The notes below the pieces were generated by a model. The model did no database searches. It was not told the DNA's origin and saw nothing but the letters and a program-made list of their open reading frames with translations. The position numbers were made by a program, and so were the translations under genes. 64,000 nucleotides of DNA from Phoronis australis (taxonomy: Eukaryota > Animalia > Phoronida). Location of the stretch: positions 387,189 to 451,188 of the forward strand of contig NMRA01000049.1 of NCBI GenBank assembly GCA_002633005.1, in the 5' to 3' direction. Positions 38,501 to 50,494 of the stretch are shown piece after piece (the stretch's first letter is position 1; each line of letters opens with the position of its first letter).

Positions 38501-40904
38501 AATCATTGACAAGATTTTGGCATACGAAATAAAAATATTGGGAGAGAGAGAGAAAGAATCTACCGAATACAATCTCTTTGTAGAGCAAAGGCTTCAGACA
38601 AACTACCATTATTGATTACGTGTGCATTTGGATTATTATAAAATGTGCAAATCCACTATCTGAAAGGCTCTTTAAAATTGAAAAATTTTAAAACTTTGTA
38701 AATGAAATTCCATGATACACTATCACAAGATTTTTGAAAATCAATTTGTAGAAGAAGTCTTGGGATTTTTTTGGTATTCACCATAGCTCATAAATATAGA
38801 TTTTTACATGGCGAAGTCGTGATCCCCCGTTATCTAGAGCCCGAGTGGATTTTGGACAATTATCGCCCGAGGGGTGTTAGCCCCGAGGGTGATGATTCTC
38901 CAAAATGTTTAGGTTTATCATGTTTTCTTATACATGTTACAGTACCACTTCCCTGAGTCAAAAACATTCCAGAATTGATGTATTTTGAATTGATAAGTCG
39001 CTGAATAAAATATTTGCCAAGCCATCCCAAATAAACTCGACTGAAAAAACATCTCAACCGTGCTCTTTTATCATTTTTAATGCTTCTTTAAAATGTAAAA
39101 CATTTCGTCTAGAGTAATACTTCCCCCCAAATCATCAGTCTCACTGTCTGGCAAGACAGGAAAAGAATGTTCTGCTAATATTTGTCAAAACTGGCATCGT
39201 CCTGCTTAGCATATAACGATTAAGTAATTGTCTTGTCTAGTCTCTCCACAAATATTTCATTCTTTCATCTATTGTCAATTGTATTTCATTACTTGGTATG
39301 TTTACCACAGTATCCTGGTTACAAATCAATGGGGAATGTTGTTTTTATCGAGTTTATTTTCCTTTCAATTTGTTCAAACTATTGTTGAACTTCCACAGCC
39401 CCTTTCCCCCAGTAAATTCTCAAAATTTCGTCAGATCGATTACTGTTTTGAATAATTATGTCACTGATACAGTGGCTAAGATTATTAGAGACAAGAAAAG
39501 TATATTCCTTTCTTCCCTGCTTCATTGGGGTCTTACGCCTCCAAGTAAATCGTTTCAGCAAAGGATACGTGTATTTTTCTCTGAGAAGATATTTCAAACA
39601 AAAAAGCTAATTTGTTCAAGTAATAATTATTTCGCTTTAAGGTTGTCCTAAAACTCAACTAAAGTCACCTCAAATCTTGTTACATTCATTATCAAAACCA
39701 TTCATTGTTTTCAAAACGATTGAATTGTCACTACTTGGTCCATAAACATTTACACATGCACTCCTCTCTCAACTGTAATGTCTAAAATTTTGAAGTTACT
39801 TCTATGGTCACTTCAGTACTGATGGATATAATGTTCTACATTTTTATTCAACAAAACAACCACTTCTCTTGAATTGCTCTTGTAAGAACTAAAGTAGTAA
39901 GAAAATCGCCTCTGACATTGAATGTGGTTTCAAGTTCTTTCAGAAAATGAGCATCTGGCAGACAGTAGATATTGAAAGGTTTTTCCTCCAATACTTCAGG
40001 GCGTCTAATCTCTTATTTGGGCTTCCAATTCCAAAAAAAAATCGGCAAAGGGTTTCCATAAAGGTGATAATTCATGGGAAAATACTATTTAATTCTTTTT
40101 AATGTACACTAGACTCATCATTACGACGGTTGCAATACATATATGTTCAACAAAGTACGTGTTTGTACCAGTGTTTATTACATCGAGATTCGTTATATGC
40201 AAAAGTTTTTGAACGAGGTCGAAGTCTTTTTTATATAACTCAATAACTAGTTAAGTTTTGATAAAAATGGCCATTATTTGTATTGTCTCTATTTTTAAGG
40301 CACCACATATACGGGACTCCTATTGGTGAGACCAAAAAACTCCCAGAATAGTTTCATGGTCTCCTGTGACAACGGTTGGACAGTTATTCAGCGCAGGTTC
40401 GACGGAAGTTTGGATTTCCACAGAACATGGGTGGACTACAAAGTTGGTTTTGGGGAACTGGACAGCGAGATGTGGCTCGGCAACGACAAAGTATATTACA
40501 TCACTCAGCAGGCTCATTATAAAATAAAGTGTATTATGACGCTTTTTGATGGCGAGCAATTAACATGTGAGCACAATGCTTTTGCAATTGCCAGCGAGGC
40601 CGAGAAGTACAAGATGACTGTGTCAAATGTGTTTCAGGTGAATGGTAAAACAAATTGCATTGAGTACCTCAACGGCAAAATGTTTTCTACCATTGACTCT
40701 AAAAATTCTGGAAGACCTAAAAATTGTCCTAAATCTTCGCTTGGTGGTTGGTGGTTCGACAATTGTGGTGCTGTCACCCTCAATAACTTTTACCCCTTCC
40801 ACGGTAAGTGTTCGTTGCTTTACATTAGCAGCTGTATGAGGACAAAATTTAAAAGCACATTTATATTACTAAGCCGCTCGGTCATGCAAATAAAGAAAGT
40901 TTGA
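29238..40904 (+). CDS. Secreted PAN/apple-domain + fibrinogen-related domain (FReD) protein; 3 exons, 304 aa
   Basis: Exons 29238-29522 (donor gtgagt, phase 0), 30830-30854 (EFQDCSDP, phase 0-1) and 40300-40904 (phase 1) total 915 nt in frame. Confidence 0.85.
30830..30854 (+). CDS. 25-nt micro-exon carrying the FReD N-terminal DCSD motif
   Basis: ttttgtag|GAATTCCAAGACTGCTCCGACCCAG|gtaggc; supplies the first FReD Cys and fixes the phase. Confidence 0.82.
31500..31800 (+). mobile_element. Decayed hAT transposase C-terminal fragment
   Basis: YYDELPSAATLNQEIKL, followed after a frameshift by LVFPYITKVLDL. Confidence 0.45.
33274..37195. mobile_element. ~3.9 kb TIR-bounded DNA element with nested repeats, in intron 2 of the FReD gene
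   Basis: accaggaagagataaccaggaagggacaact (33273-33304) is the reverse complement of agttgtcccttcctggttatctcttcctg (37165-37193). No intact transposase seen. Confidence 0.65.
35727..35782 (+). repeat. 24-bp tandem repeat (~2.4 copies)
   Basis: ggccagtggaaatgtaaggcagca. Confidence 0.85.
40300..40904 (+). CDS. Exon 3: fibrinogen C-terminal-related domain
   Basis: V.CD..GWTVIQRRFDGSLDF.R.W.DYK.GFG..DSEMWLGND...FSTID.....NC......GGWWF.NC...LN. Confidence 0.95.
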
Positions 40905-42532
40905 AGAGTTTCAACTTTGGGAAGAAAAATGGACAGACGCGAGAGGAATTAGCCCCTCTTAAACTATATGTCGATTCACGAAATAAATGATTTATTTATC
41001 TTGCTAAAAACTTTTTTGGATAAATATTTCAGAGACACACATGAAAGCTGCTTTCATTTGGCTTTGGAGCTATTTTTAAGATCTTAAAAGCTTATAATTA
41101 TTACAAGCTGAACTTGCTTAAAGAACACCAGACATACCGAACCCGTCTGCAAATAAGTTATTACAGAAACCATAAGACTCTAGCCCTGGGTACAGTTCAG
41201 TAACGATGGAACCAACGCTAGGACCTCGCTAAAAGCAAAACTGCGCCATATGACGTAAGATGTTGCCGTGTATTTACATATACTGAAGTCTACCCTGGAA
41301 TGCTAACTCCAGAATCTGACCAATGCGTTCTGATTAGAGCTTGCGACCCCGAGACTAATCGCGAGAGTTTGCACTATATATTTCGGTCTGTCTGATCGAT
41401 TGTTGTAGTTATCAAATCAAGACTAATTTCATTACTTCGTTTTCATTTTGACAAATTTTCATCAAGCGAGAATCTTGAGCTACGGTTTTAGACAACCAGG
41501 AATTTCCCGGCGAAGTTAGTAAACACACCTGACCATTACATTGGTCATTCTCTATACGCACCAAACCGTGGCCCAGGCCCGAAACAATCTGGCCTCTGAT
41601 ATCTTTCATCTCCAATCTTAAAACCAATTTCGATAACCTCTCAAAATGTATTCTAGGAGGAATTCACAAATTATTTTTGGATGATAAAACCGTGTCACTG
41701 TGTTTTGTGGAAAGAAGGCGCGTGACTTTTGATTTCTTACGTTTGTTCTGCAATTTTAAATGAAAAGTTTAGGCCCTACCAAAAGGTTTGTTTACATGAC
41801 TTCCAAAAAACCACTCATATTGCTGTATCTAATTGTTTGAGTGTGTATTTGTTTGCATAAATTATTGTAATTGTTCCTATAGTAATACATCTGTGCAACA
41901 CTTACCTGTTGCCGTGATAATTTCTTGTCAATTCGACATCTGAGTTGCGAATATTAGCTGCAGTATTTTCCTATACCCGAGAAATAAAATTTTAAAAAGG
42001 GTTATCTTGTAAAAATGCAACCCAATACTTTGTGTTGCTGACAGCATAAAATGTACTTGCCAATTGTCCCACATTCAGAAATTTGTCCCACCAACCCGCT
42101 ACACCATCAAAATCTTCCGCTTTTTGACACACGGCGACACTGACATGTTATCATGTAGTTCTGTAATTTCTCACACGACATAGCACTATACTCACGTTCG
42201 ACTACAACGTAACGTAACTATCATAACAATGTGTTCCAGTGTCTTGTTGTTTACGGTAACACGCACTACGTGTATCGGACCACTATTTTTACTTTTTGAT
42301 GAATTGATTTTATGGACAAACTACTACAAAAAGTCTGCAACCTTTGCACTGATCTATAAGCAGTACATTTCAAGCCTGCGCAATAGATGTTTGCTCGAGA
42401 AACATTCATCTCCAAATTTCTGATTGGTAGTTTCAGTAATTAATTTATCACGTAGTTTTGTAAGTGTCTCACTACAACCTGAATTTTTACTAAAGATTTT
42501 ATGAAACGCCATCAACAGTCCAAAAATATATA

Positions 42533-42566
42533 TATAGGATATACCACTCAAAAGAATGACGTCAGT

Positions 42567-42626
<60 letters not shown>

Positions 42627-42740
42627 ATATATATACTAAGAGAACTATACAGATCCGGGGCATTTTTATATATGAGACCTTTACTGTGGGGTTGCAAAAA
42701 ATTNTATAGGATATACCACTCAAAAGAATGACGTCAGTGG

Positions 42741-42830
<90 letters not shown>
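42533..42830. repeat. (TA)n microsatellites with a duplicated flank beside a single N
   Basis: tataggatataccactcaaaagaatgacgtcagtgg(TA)n at 42533 and 42705; N at 42704. Confidence 0.9.
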
Positions 42831-42832
<2 letters not shown>

Positions 42833-43412
42833 TGAGTTCTGAAATTGGATTGGATTTTCTGGTATTAAAATAGTAAAAACATGTAACGAAATGAAACCAC
42901 TTCCATGCTGTTATGACATGTGCGCAACCTCTCAGTTGATTGTAGAACATGGAAATTGGCCAATAGGTGACGCAATGGCATCCAAAGAGCGCATCGCAAT
43001 TTTAGCAGCAGAATAACTGAAGAACGCCAATTTTCCAACACCCGGGTAAATAATTTAGTTTACTCGAGGAAGAGTAAATTTTTTAATGAGGCATCATTAA
43101 TTTTGGCGGCGACAGGCCCGATGAATTATATAGTTACGCGACAAGAAGCCGGAGGGAGTGAAATTAAGCCGAGGGAGTAACGTCACCCAGGCCGTTGAGC
43201 CGACGGACTGATGTCACCAAGGACAGTACGAAACTGGCCACCCTCCCTCCGCGTCTGCGAAAAAACGGCCCTCGAGAAAAAAATAGAACACCTCGAATCC
43301 AAATAGGGGGCCGGTGCAATACCGGGGACCAAGGGGGTGCCGAAACGGGCGCAACGAAGGTCTGTAGTGGAGCAGGGGAGACGGAGTTTGTGCACACGAT
43401 GCTTTTTATATA

Positions 43413-43456
43413 ATACATACATACATACATACATACATACATACATACATACATAC
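43413..43456. repeat. (ATAC)n microsatellite
   Basis: Read directly. Confidence 0.95.
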
Positions 43457-45920
43457 ACATATGCAGAATTGATTGAACACACGACACTTTTCATTGTTGA
43501 CAGTCTTTATTCCATTTCGTTCATATCTTTGGAATAAAACTCTACTCTCAACGGAACATAGATGAAGTAACTGACCCAGCGACATAATTAAAAGGTACAC
43601 GATTTTCCGAAACATCCTTGTTTCATGCTCAAGTGAGTATAAAATGACACAGTTAAGCCACCGCAGAGCATAACCTGATGCCACACACAGTGGGACACGG
43701 CGGGTTTGAAATACTGCAATGAATGACTAATGAAGGGGGAGGGGTACCAGGAAAGTCACGCAAACAAGAGTAACGTGCGGCGCGACCCTGTTGGCTTCTT
43801 AGTGTATTATGAATTTGAAAGATGAAAACTGAAATACCAGCATCTTTAAATGAAACCTAAGAGCGGCCAGTAGTTTCCAAAAAACTGGACAACGAAGTTA
43901 TGACCAAAACTCCAACTAAATATCCTGTTTTTACTGACACCACTGAATCATGCTTTGGCTGACAAAACCGCTGACACGTGTGTTTTTATTACCTCGGTTT
44001 CTACAACATCACATCAATAAGAATTGGTTAAATCAGTAAAACAATCCAATAGATTGCACAAGCTTCCGAAGAAGCTGATATCTGAAGTCTTCCTCGACAA
44101 CACTGTCAACTTCACTCTCTTCATAATTCGACAACTTCCCAGGACGGTTCAAGGCAACCAAACGCAAAAAGAAACCTTTAACCTGGTGTGATGTCAGCCA
44201 GTCTTCCTCCCTTCTTCATCGCCTGTGCAGTTCTTGCGGGGTCTGATTTGTTGTTCTCCTCTCTGGAAAACGACGGTAAGGTAGTTTGTGACACTCTCGG
44301 AGAAACGTACTCTTTTTGCAAAACTTCGCATTGCCCAGCCACTACATTCTGAGTGATCCATTGATTTTAGCTGAGATGGCTCATTTGACCTAAGCCATGT
44401 AATTTCTAAAACCACCCTAAGTACATTTCTTCCAACCTGAACAAACTCTGATTTATTTTTACCAGTCGAGCGGATTGCTTTGGACATCAAGAGGATATCC
44501 AGGTACTATATCTGAACGGCACTGGTCGGATATAGCGGACCCTGATTTAGAGAACCAGTAAATCACTGAATAACGAGCCCGTTATTTAGTGGATGAAACT
44601 GGTTTTCTAAATCAGTACAATAAATATTTCAGGTAAGTTAAAGCCCGACCACAAGACCATGGCCTATATGTTACCTAGCCACAACTGGGGCTTAAATTAA
44701 TCCCAATCTCAAAAATGTACAAAATAAGCAACACATACTCCAATACAACAAAAAAATCTGGCCAACCTTCTCATTCTCTATTAATTCACTAGTAAACAAC
44801 AGCTCTTTTCGCCAGAAAATTGAGTTATAAATTAAGCTGAAAACTAATGTACTTACAGAGGTGTTTGTCATTGAGAAGCAAAATGATTCTGATAGCTTGG
44901 GTTTATCAAAGTTTCAGCCCTCCATTCAGACTCTGAATGATCCATCAGTTTCATTTTGGCTCTCTCCAAATCACAGGCTAACCTTTCATAAAATGTTTCA
45001 TTCTGATCAACCTTAGTAAAAATATGAAAAACAGGTTTTGACTAATTGTCCTTTCTACACGTGATGTCCCAGTACTTGCTTTGTGCTCTTCACGCAAAGG
45101 AACATTATCACGTCTATGGGCGAAAAACACATTTTGGATGGGATAGTTATGAGATTTGACCACAGCTATAAAACAGCAAAACCCATTGTGTTTTTTGTGA
45201 TTTCATTACAAATCGTCAATTTTTGCCGTTGACTGCAAATCGTTCGCAGAAATAAAGGCCGGCGTCTTTACCACTTTACGCTTCTTCGGCAGAGTGTTTG
45301 GCTGCTACTGTGGGACTATAGCCTGTCTTACTGCAAATTGCCGTAAAATTCTCTCCGAAAAAGCTTCTTTAAGAAGGTGGTTCAGCATAGCAGTGATCCA
45401 AAGAAAACGAGAACATCTGATGTGATGACAGAGAATACTTAGCTTTAATTGTAGGTTGTTTCGAAAACTGTATTTTCCCCGTTTCATCCATCACGTGCAA
45501 ACATTGTCATAGCTAAAAGTAAGCCCATTCTACTGGATGTCCAAAGGTCAAAAAGTAAGCCCATTCTACTGAGTGTCCAAAGGTCTAAGTAAGTGGCAGC
45601 CTAGTGTGCATTTTGCATTGAAAAGACGTGGTGTGCCAAATGCAAAATTGAAACAAGTTATGATCAGGATTTCTTTTCAACGAACAGGGGGCGTGGCCCC
45701 GTTGTGACACGTCAGCTGATCTGCTATTTGTCACCGGTGTTCTTACCACTTTCAAAGTCGACTTGATCTAAGTGGCGTACAATTCTACTATATGTACCGT
45801 TCGATTCATTATACCTTTCACAGTATATGCACGAGAAAAACAGAAAGTCTTTAAAACATTTATTAGTCACACCAGGAAGTACACATAATGTTGTGACAAA
45901 ATGTTTTAAACATATAATTA

Positions 45921-46987
45921 TTAAGTGTAATAAAAATATTTATACGAAGAAAACGAGTTCAGTTTATCTGCTACAACAGCAGAACAAACTGCGCCAGCGA
46001 AATGGTCTTCGCGTAGGATTCTTGGGCACTTCAATGTCAGATGAATCTCTTTTACCCCGAAATACTTTCTGATTCTGTTGAATATCTTTCTTTCTCTAAC
46101 TTTTACAGCATCGTCTCCTAGCTCATGGCCAGCGTCACAAGAGCCTACTTCTTCCGGAACGCTTGGGATTTGGGAGAGAATCAATTCTGTCCCAACCTCG
46201 TCGCCATCTACAAAATTCACGCCTTCTCTATCGTCGTTGCCATGGGCAAACACGAGTTCTTTTGAAGCTGTATGACTGTCAGTATACAGTGCACCGTCAA
46301 CAACACTGGAACCATCATTAGGTATCAGATCTGTTTCATCTGTGCGACTATCATCAAACATGAGCTCTCTCCTCCCGTTGTGGTAACCGGCGTCCTCCAG
46401 TCTTTCATCAAAGTATTTGCCAGCAGCGTACCTTAACTCCTCTTCAACCGTTTGGACACGTGTTACCCGAAACGTCGACGTTATAACCAACACATCGTCA
46501 TCGTCTGCGCCACAGTCTCTAAATTCATACTTGACTTGGCACCTATCATTGGAATGATACTTTGTGACTTCAAACTTTTCTTCGGTACGATCGGTCGAAT
46601 GACATTTCTTTACCATGTACCGAACCAAGCTGCTGCTGGTTTCATAATGGCTCTCTACAATTGTATACTCCACCCTGTGGCCGACTGTCAGATCAAACTT
46701 TTTTATTCTGTACAGAACCAGTTCTTCAGTTTCATAGCAAAGCTGTATTTCGTACTCTAATTCGTGGGCAGTAAACGTATTAATAGTCTTTACAATACCA
46801 CCGCTGATTCGACCATTAGGCGCAAAATACCTCACCACTTTAAGTTTGCCGCCATCGGTTGTATCACATATTTCTACTTTGTACTCGCTCCTAACAACAA
46901 CATATGTGTCCAAAACCCGGCTGTAGAAATCTGCCAAACTACACCCGTCGTCGTCACACTGCTCGATGTGAGAACCATATGCATCAC
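45921..46987 (-). CDS. Orphan acidic protein with 14-15 aa beta-strand-like repeats; 5' end lies in the gap
   Basis: About 355 stop-free codons, open up to the Ns (DAYGSHIEQCDDDGCSLADF...); no recognised family. Confidence 0.6.
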
Positions 46988-47374
46988 NNNNNNNNNNNNN
47001 NNNNNNNNNNNNNNNNNNNNNNNNNNNNNNNNNNNNNNNNNNNNNNNNNNNNNNNNNNNNNNNNNNNNNNNNNNNNNNNNNNNNNNNNNNNNNNNNNNNN
47101 NNNNNNNNNNNNNNNNNNNNNNNNNNNNNNNNNNNNNNNNNNNNNNNNNNNNNNNNNNNNNNNNNNNNNNNNNNNNNNNNNNNNNNNNNNNNNNNNNNNN
47201 NNNNNNNNNNNNNNNNNNNNNNNNNNNNNNNNNNNNNNNNNNNNNNNNNNNNNNNNNNNNNNNNNNNNNNNNNNNNNNNNNNNNNNNNNNNNNNNNNNNN
47301 NNNNNNNNNNNNNNNNNNNNNNNNNNNNNNNNNNNNNNNNNNNNNNNNNNNNNNNNNNNNNNNNNNNNNNNNNN
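46988..47374. other. Assembly gap
   Basis: Run of N. Confidence 1.
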
Positions 47375-47379
47375 TTTAA

Positions 47380-47427
47380 AACTTGACATGTTTCGGTGTC
47401 ATTTATTAAACACCATCCTCAGAAGTC
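47380..47427 (-). ncRNA. Minimal type I hammerhead ribozyme (inverted copy)
   Basis: Reverse complement of 47782-47829. Confidence 0.8.
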
Positions 47428-47781
47428 ATAATACAGTGGCCACCTAGCTAGGCCCAGCAACAAGTAATGAAGCACAGATACAGTCAGTTACAGGGAGTGA
47501 CAATGAACTATACCAACAATGACAACCTGTGGTGTGTCAGTTGCCTATTGAGATTGGGTTTGCACCAACAATGACTTTGCAATAATAGACCAGGCAGTAA
47601 CAACAAAGGAGCTTAAAATTCGTGAGGCTTTACATATCAGTTGGTGCAAACCCAATCTCAATAGGCAACTGACACACCACAGGTTGTCATTGTTGGTCTA
47701 GTTCATTGTCACTCCCTGTAACTGACTGTATCTGTGCTTCATTACTTGTTGCTGGGCCTAGCTAGGTGGCCACTGTATTAT

Positions 47782-47829
47782 GACTTCTGAGGATGGTGTT
47801 TAATAAATGACACCGAAACATGTCAAGTT
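47782..47829 (+). ncRNA. Minimal type I hammerhead ribozyme
   Basis: gactt-CTGAGGA-t-ggtgt..acacc-GAAA-CATG-TC-aagtt: conserved core, stems I and II, 1-bp stem III with palindromic CAUG loop, GUC site. Confidence 0.85.
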
Positions 47830-49372
47830 TTAAAACCGTTGTTGTTTTCGTGAACATATGCTGTTACTTGCTATCATGGAGACATGAAAACTAGCGTCAA
47901 GTAGTACAGGTACATTCTAAGTGGCTTAGATGGTATGGTTTTGCCTTGATTTTAACTAAATGAAGAACGTCGACTGGGTTTCATCAGGTGAAATAGGAAT
48001 AATGTCACTTAAACATCAATATTTCGAAAGTTATATCCACAAATGCAGAGGGTAAATATTATCAAAGGCTTCAAGTTCATAAACACTTTTAAGTGTTAAA
48101 TCTTGAAAGACCAGTGTCATACAATTTGGTGGCTACTTTGCAGGCATTCAACAGGCTAAACTTCATAATAATGTCATATCAGCCCAATAATATAGCATAC
48201 GTGTTTTTGAGACTTGGCACGGTCATATTTTTGGTTGTACGTTTCTTTGATAAGGCGAAGTGGTGCGGATTTTTATCTATCTCCAGCGACCCAGTGATGC
48301 GGTTGTCTGTACATGTACTCCGGGGTGTGAATGCGGGGCTGTGCCCCAATCGACCCGGGAGAAGGCTGACCGCACCACTTGACACTTCTTAAACAATATT
48401 AAAGGTCACAAGTGGTGATTGTCGCCTAACCCTTAAACCATTTTGTTGACAAATTTAACCTAATAAATACTTTTGGGAAATTTTTGAAATTGGCCAAATA
48501 ATAATATAACTGGTTCTGGTCTACACTTGACCCGCTTTGTAACCTGTGCATTGCTGTTTACAATAAAAAACAGCATCACTTTTAATACTTTAAAATTGCA
48601 AACGCATCTATAAAAGTGGTTTTGGGCTTTGTCAACTCAGTCGCAATGACGTAACAGGTTTCCAAAGGCAAGTGGTGCGGTTTTGAATCATAGTCAGTTC
48701 TACGTACCAATTCAAGCTGACTGGGAGTCGCGTCTTGGAGAGAGAAAGCTATCCAAAATCATTTGCTGTCTGTGAAAATATACGGCAATATCCCGCGGAT
48801 TCTTGAGCAATCACGCTTTACCCGAATAAAAGCTTAGTCTACAGAACACTCGGTAGCTGTAGTGCCGTCGAATTTTAATAACGTGTGATGTCGTCATGTT
48901 CGAGGAAAAACTATTACCCGCTAGAACTTGCACTAAATTTTATCACGGTGCCTTGCCTTGTTATACAGTGCAACAGAGGAATCCTTAAAAACGAAGCTGA
49001 ATAGTTTGGAAGGGTGTTGCAGTAGATTTCACTGTGAAGAAATGAAACCCATGACCATGTTTTCACAACATGCTCTTGTCTTAATACCGTCCGCCAACTC
49101 TTGCGTTGTTAGGTCGCAAGTTCCAATCTCCAAATCCAGTGCGCGGACTCATGATCAAAATAGCGATAATTGCGAACGTGTCCCTTACAAAATTGGTTTC
49201 CGTAAGAAAGTTTTGTGGCTTGGAACCTCTAAGAACGGCTTTTGATTTACAAAAAAACTTCGAGAGTTTGCATCTTCAGGTCCCAGAAATTTTCAAGTGG
49301 AAGCTCAAAAAGTGAAATGAAAAAACGCCAAGAAAACATCGCAACTCAATACGACAGTTTCGAATGACACCT

Positions 49373-50494
49373 TTATAATTTGGTGTTCATTGTTGCATCA
49401 TGCTCAAGAGTAGTGTCACTTCTCTCGACAGCAGTATCCGGCAGCGCAGAGTGTATTCTATCGATAAAATGACGTGCCCACCAAAGACATGGTGTTATAC
49501 GCCAAAAACTGTCCTTGACCGCCTTTCTCACTGACGAGTTTCTGAATAAGTAGAGCACAGGGGTTAGCAAGCTGTTGATGGGACCTAAGGCCCCGCAGAT
49601 TTGATGTAAAATCACAATGGCTTTAAATATTTTGTCGCTAGCAGATGTTGAAAGGAGTATGACTAGTATAGTCGCACATGATGGCAAGCACGTCAAGGCA
49701 AATGATAGCACTATCAGAAATGCTGTGATCGAACCCTTTTCAATGTGCTTGGGCATTCTGTTGGTACCAGGAACTCGCAGAAGTTGTCGATGTTTTCGAA
49801 TGGTAGTAAAGATATACGCGTATATGCACATGAGTAGAGTAAACACGCATGCGCATAGACATAGTTTAAAGACAGCTGTTCCTGAGAAAGTTAAGATCAA
49901 CCGTTCTCTAGTTTTCGTCGACGGGTCGAGTGTGTATTGAATTGTTAACGCTAAACACGGCACAGTTATCAGGATCGACACAAACCAAACCAACAAAACG
50001 CATACTCGTACTCGTTGTACTGTGACTATACTCTTGTAGCGCAGTGGTTTCTTTACGGCTATGAATCTGTCCAACGTCATCGCTACTGTCGACAGTAAGT
50101 GCGCGAAAAGTGACACCTCCACTACCAGCGAATATATGATATTGGCAATAGGATGGACTTCAAACACGTAATTGAAATGAAATACCATCTTAATGGGGTC
50201 GCATGTTGGTATCCAAAATATGGAAGCGAGAAGTATGCCAACGTGACAGAAATCGGAAGCCGATAAGCTTATGTATAGATAAATAAACAATTTCTTTGAC
50301 TTGTCCGTCATAAAAGGGAGCGCCATCAATATCTTGGAGTTGAAGAGCAGTGCCACGAAGCACAATATCGTTATGGCGATCTTTCCTGGAGATTCGACAA
50401 AAGGGCAGGTAACTCTATAGTCTTTCGGAAAGGATACGTTGCTCAAGAACCATCGGTTGTAGAAATCTCTTCCTGGAGAGATCAACGTAGTCAT
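49373..50494 (-). CDS. Intronless orphan rhodopsin-family (class A) GPCR
   Basis: Seven hydrophobic segments; LSASD (TM2), LDRFIAVKKPLRY (TM3), TM4 W, FALTCLP (TM6), NSLLTPVLY (TM7). First ATG at 50494. Confidence 0.92.
   Translation of the reverse strand: MTTLISPGRDFYNRWFLSNVSFPKDYRVTCPFVESPGKIAITILCFVALLFNSKILMALPFMTDKSKKLFIYLYISLSASDFCHVGILLASIFWIPTCDPIKMVFHFNYVFEVHPIANIIYSLVVEVSLFAHLLSTVAMTLDRFIAVKKPLRYKSIVTVQRVRVCVLLVWFVSILITVPCLALTIQYTLDPSTKTRERLILTFSGTAVFKLCLCACVFTLLMCIYAYIFTTIRKHRQLLRVPGTNRMPKHIEKGSITAFLIVLSFALTCLPSCATILVILLSTSASDKIFKAIVILHQICGALGPINSLLTPVLYLFRNSSVRKAVKDSFWRITPCLWWARHFIDRIHSALPDTAVERSDTTLEHDATMNTKL

Larger units (their letters stand above)
47375..47834 (+). mobile_element. 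Penelope-like retroelement remnant: GIY-YIG C-terminus with inverted pseudo-LTR
   Basis: 195-bp inverted arms (47375-47569 / 47640-47834, 1 mismatch). Spacer + right arm encode NDFAIIDQAVTTKELKIREALHISWCKPNLNRQ (F.I+....L.I.EAL.I...P.LN). Confidence 0.9.

Noticed and set aside
42533-42830. Biological duplication around (TA)n
   Set aside because: The second copy starts right after a single N; likely an unmerged contig overlap.
46764-47447. ORFs spanning the N run, and ORFs over microsatellites (43164-43684, 61593-61836)
   Set aside because: Artefacts of Ns or simple repeats.
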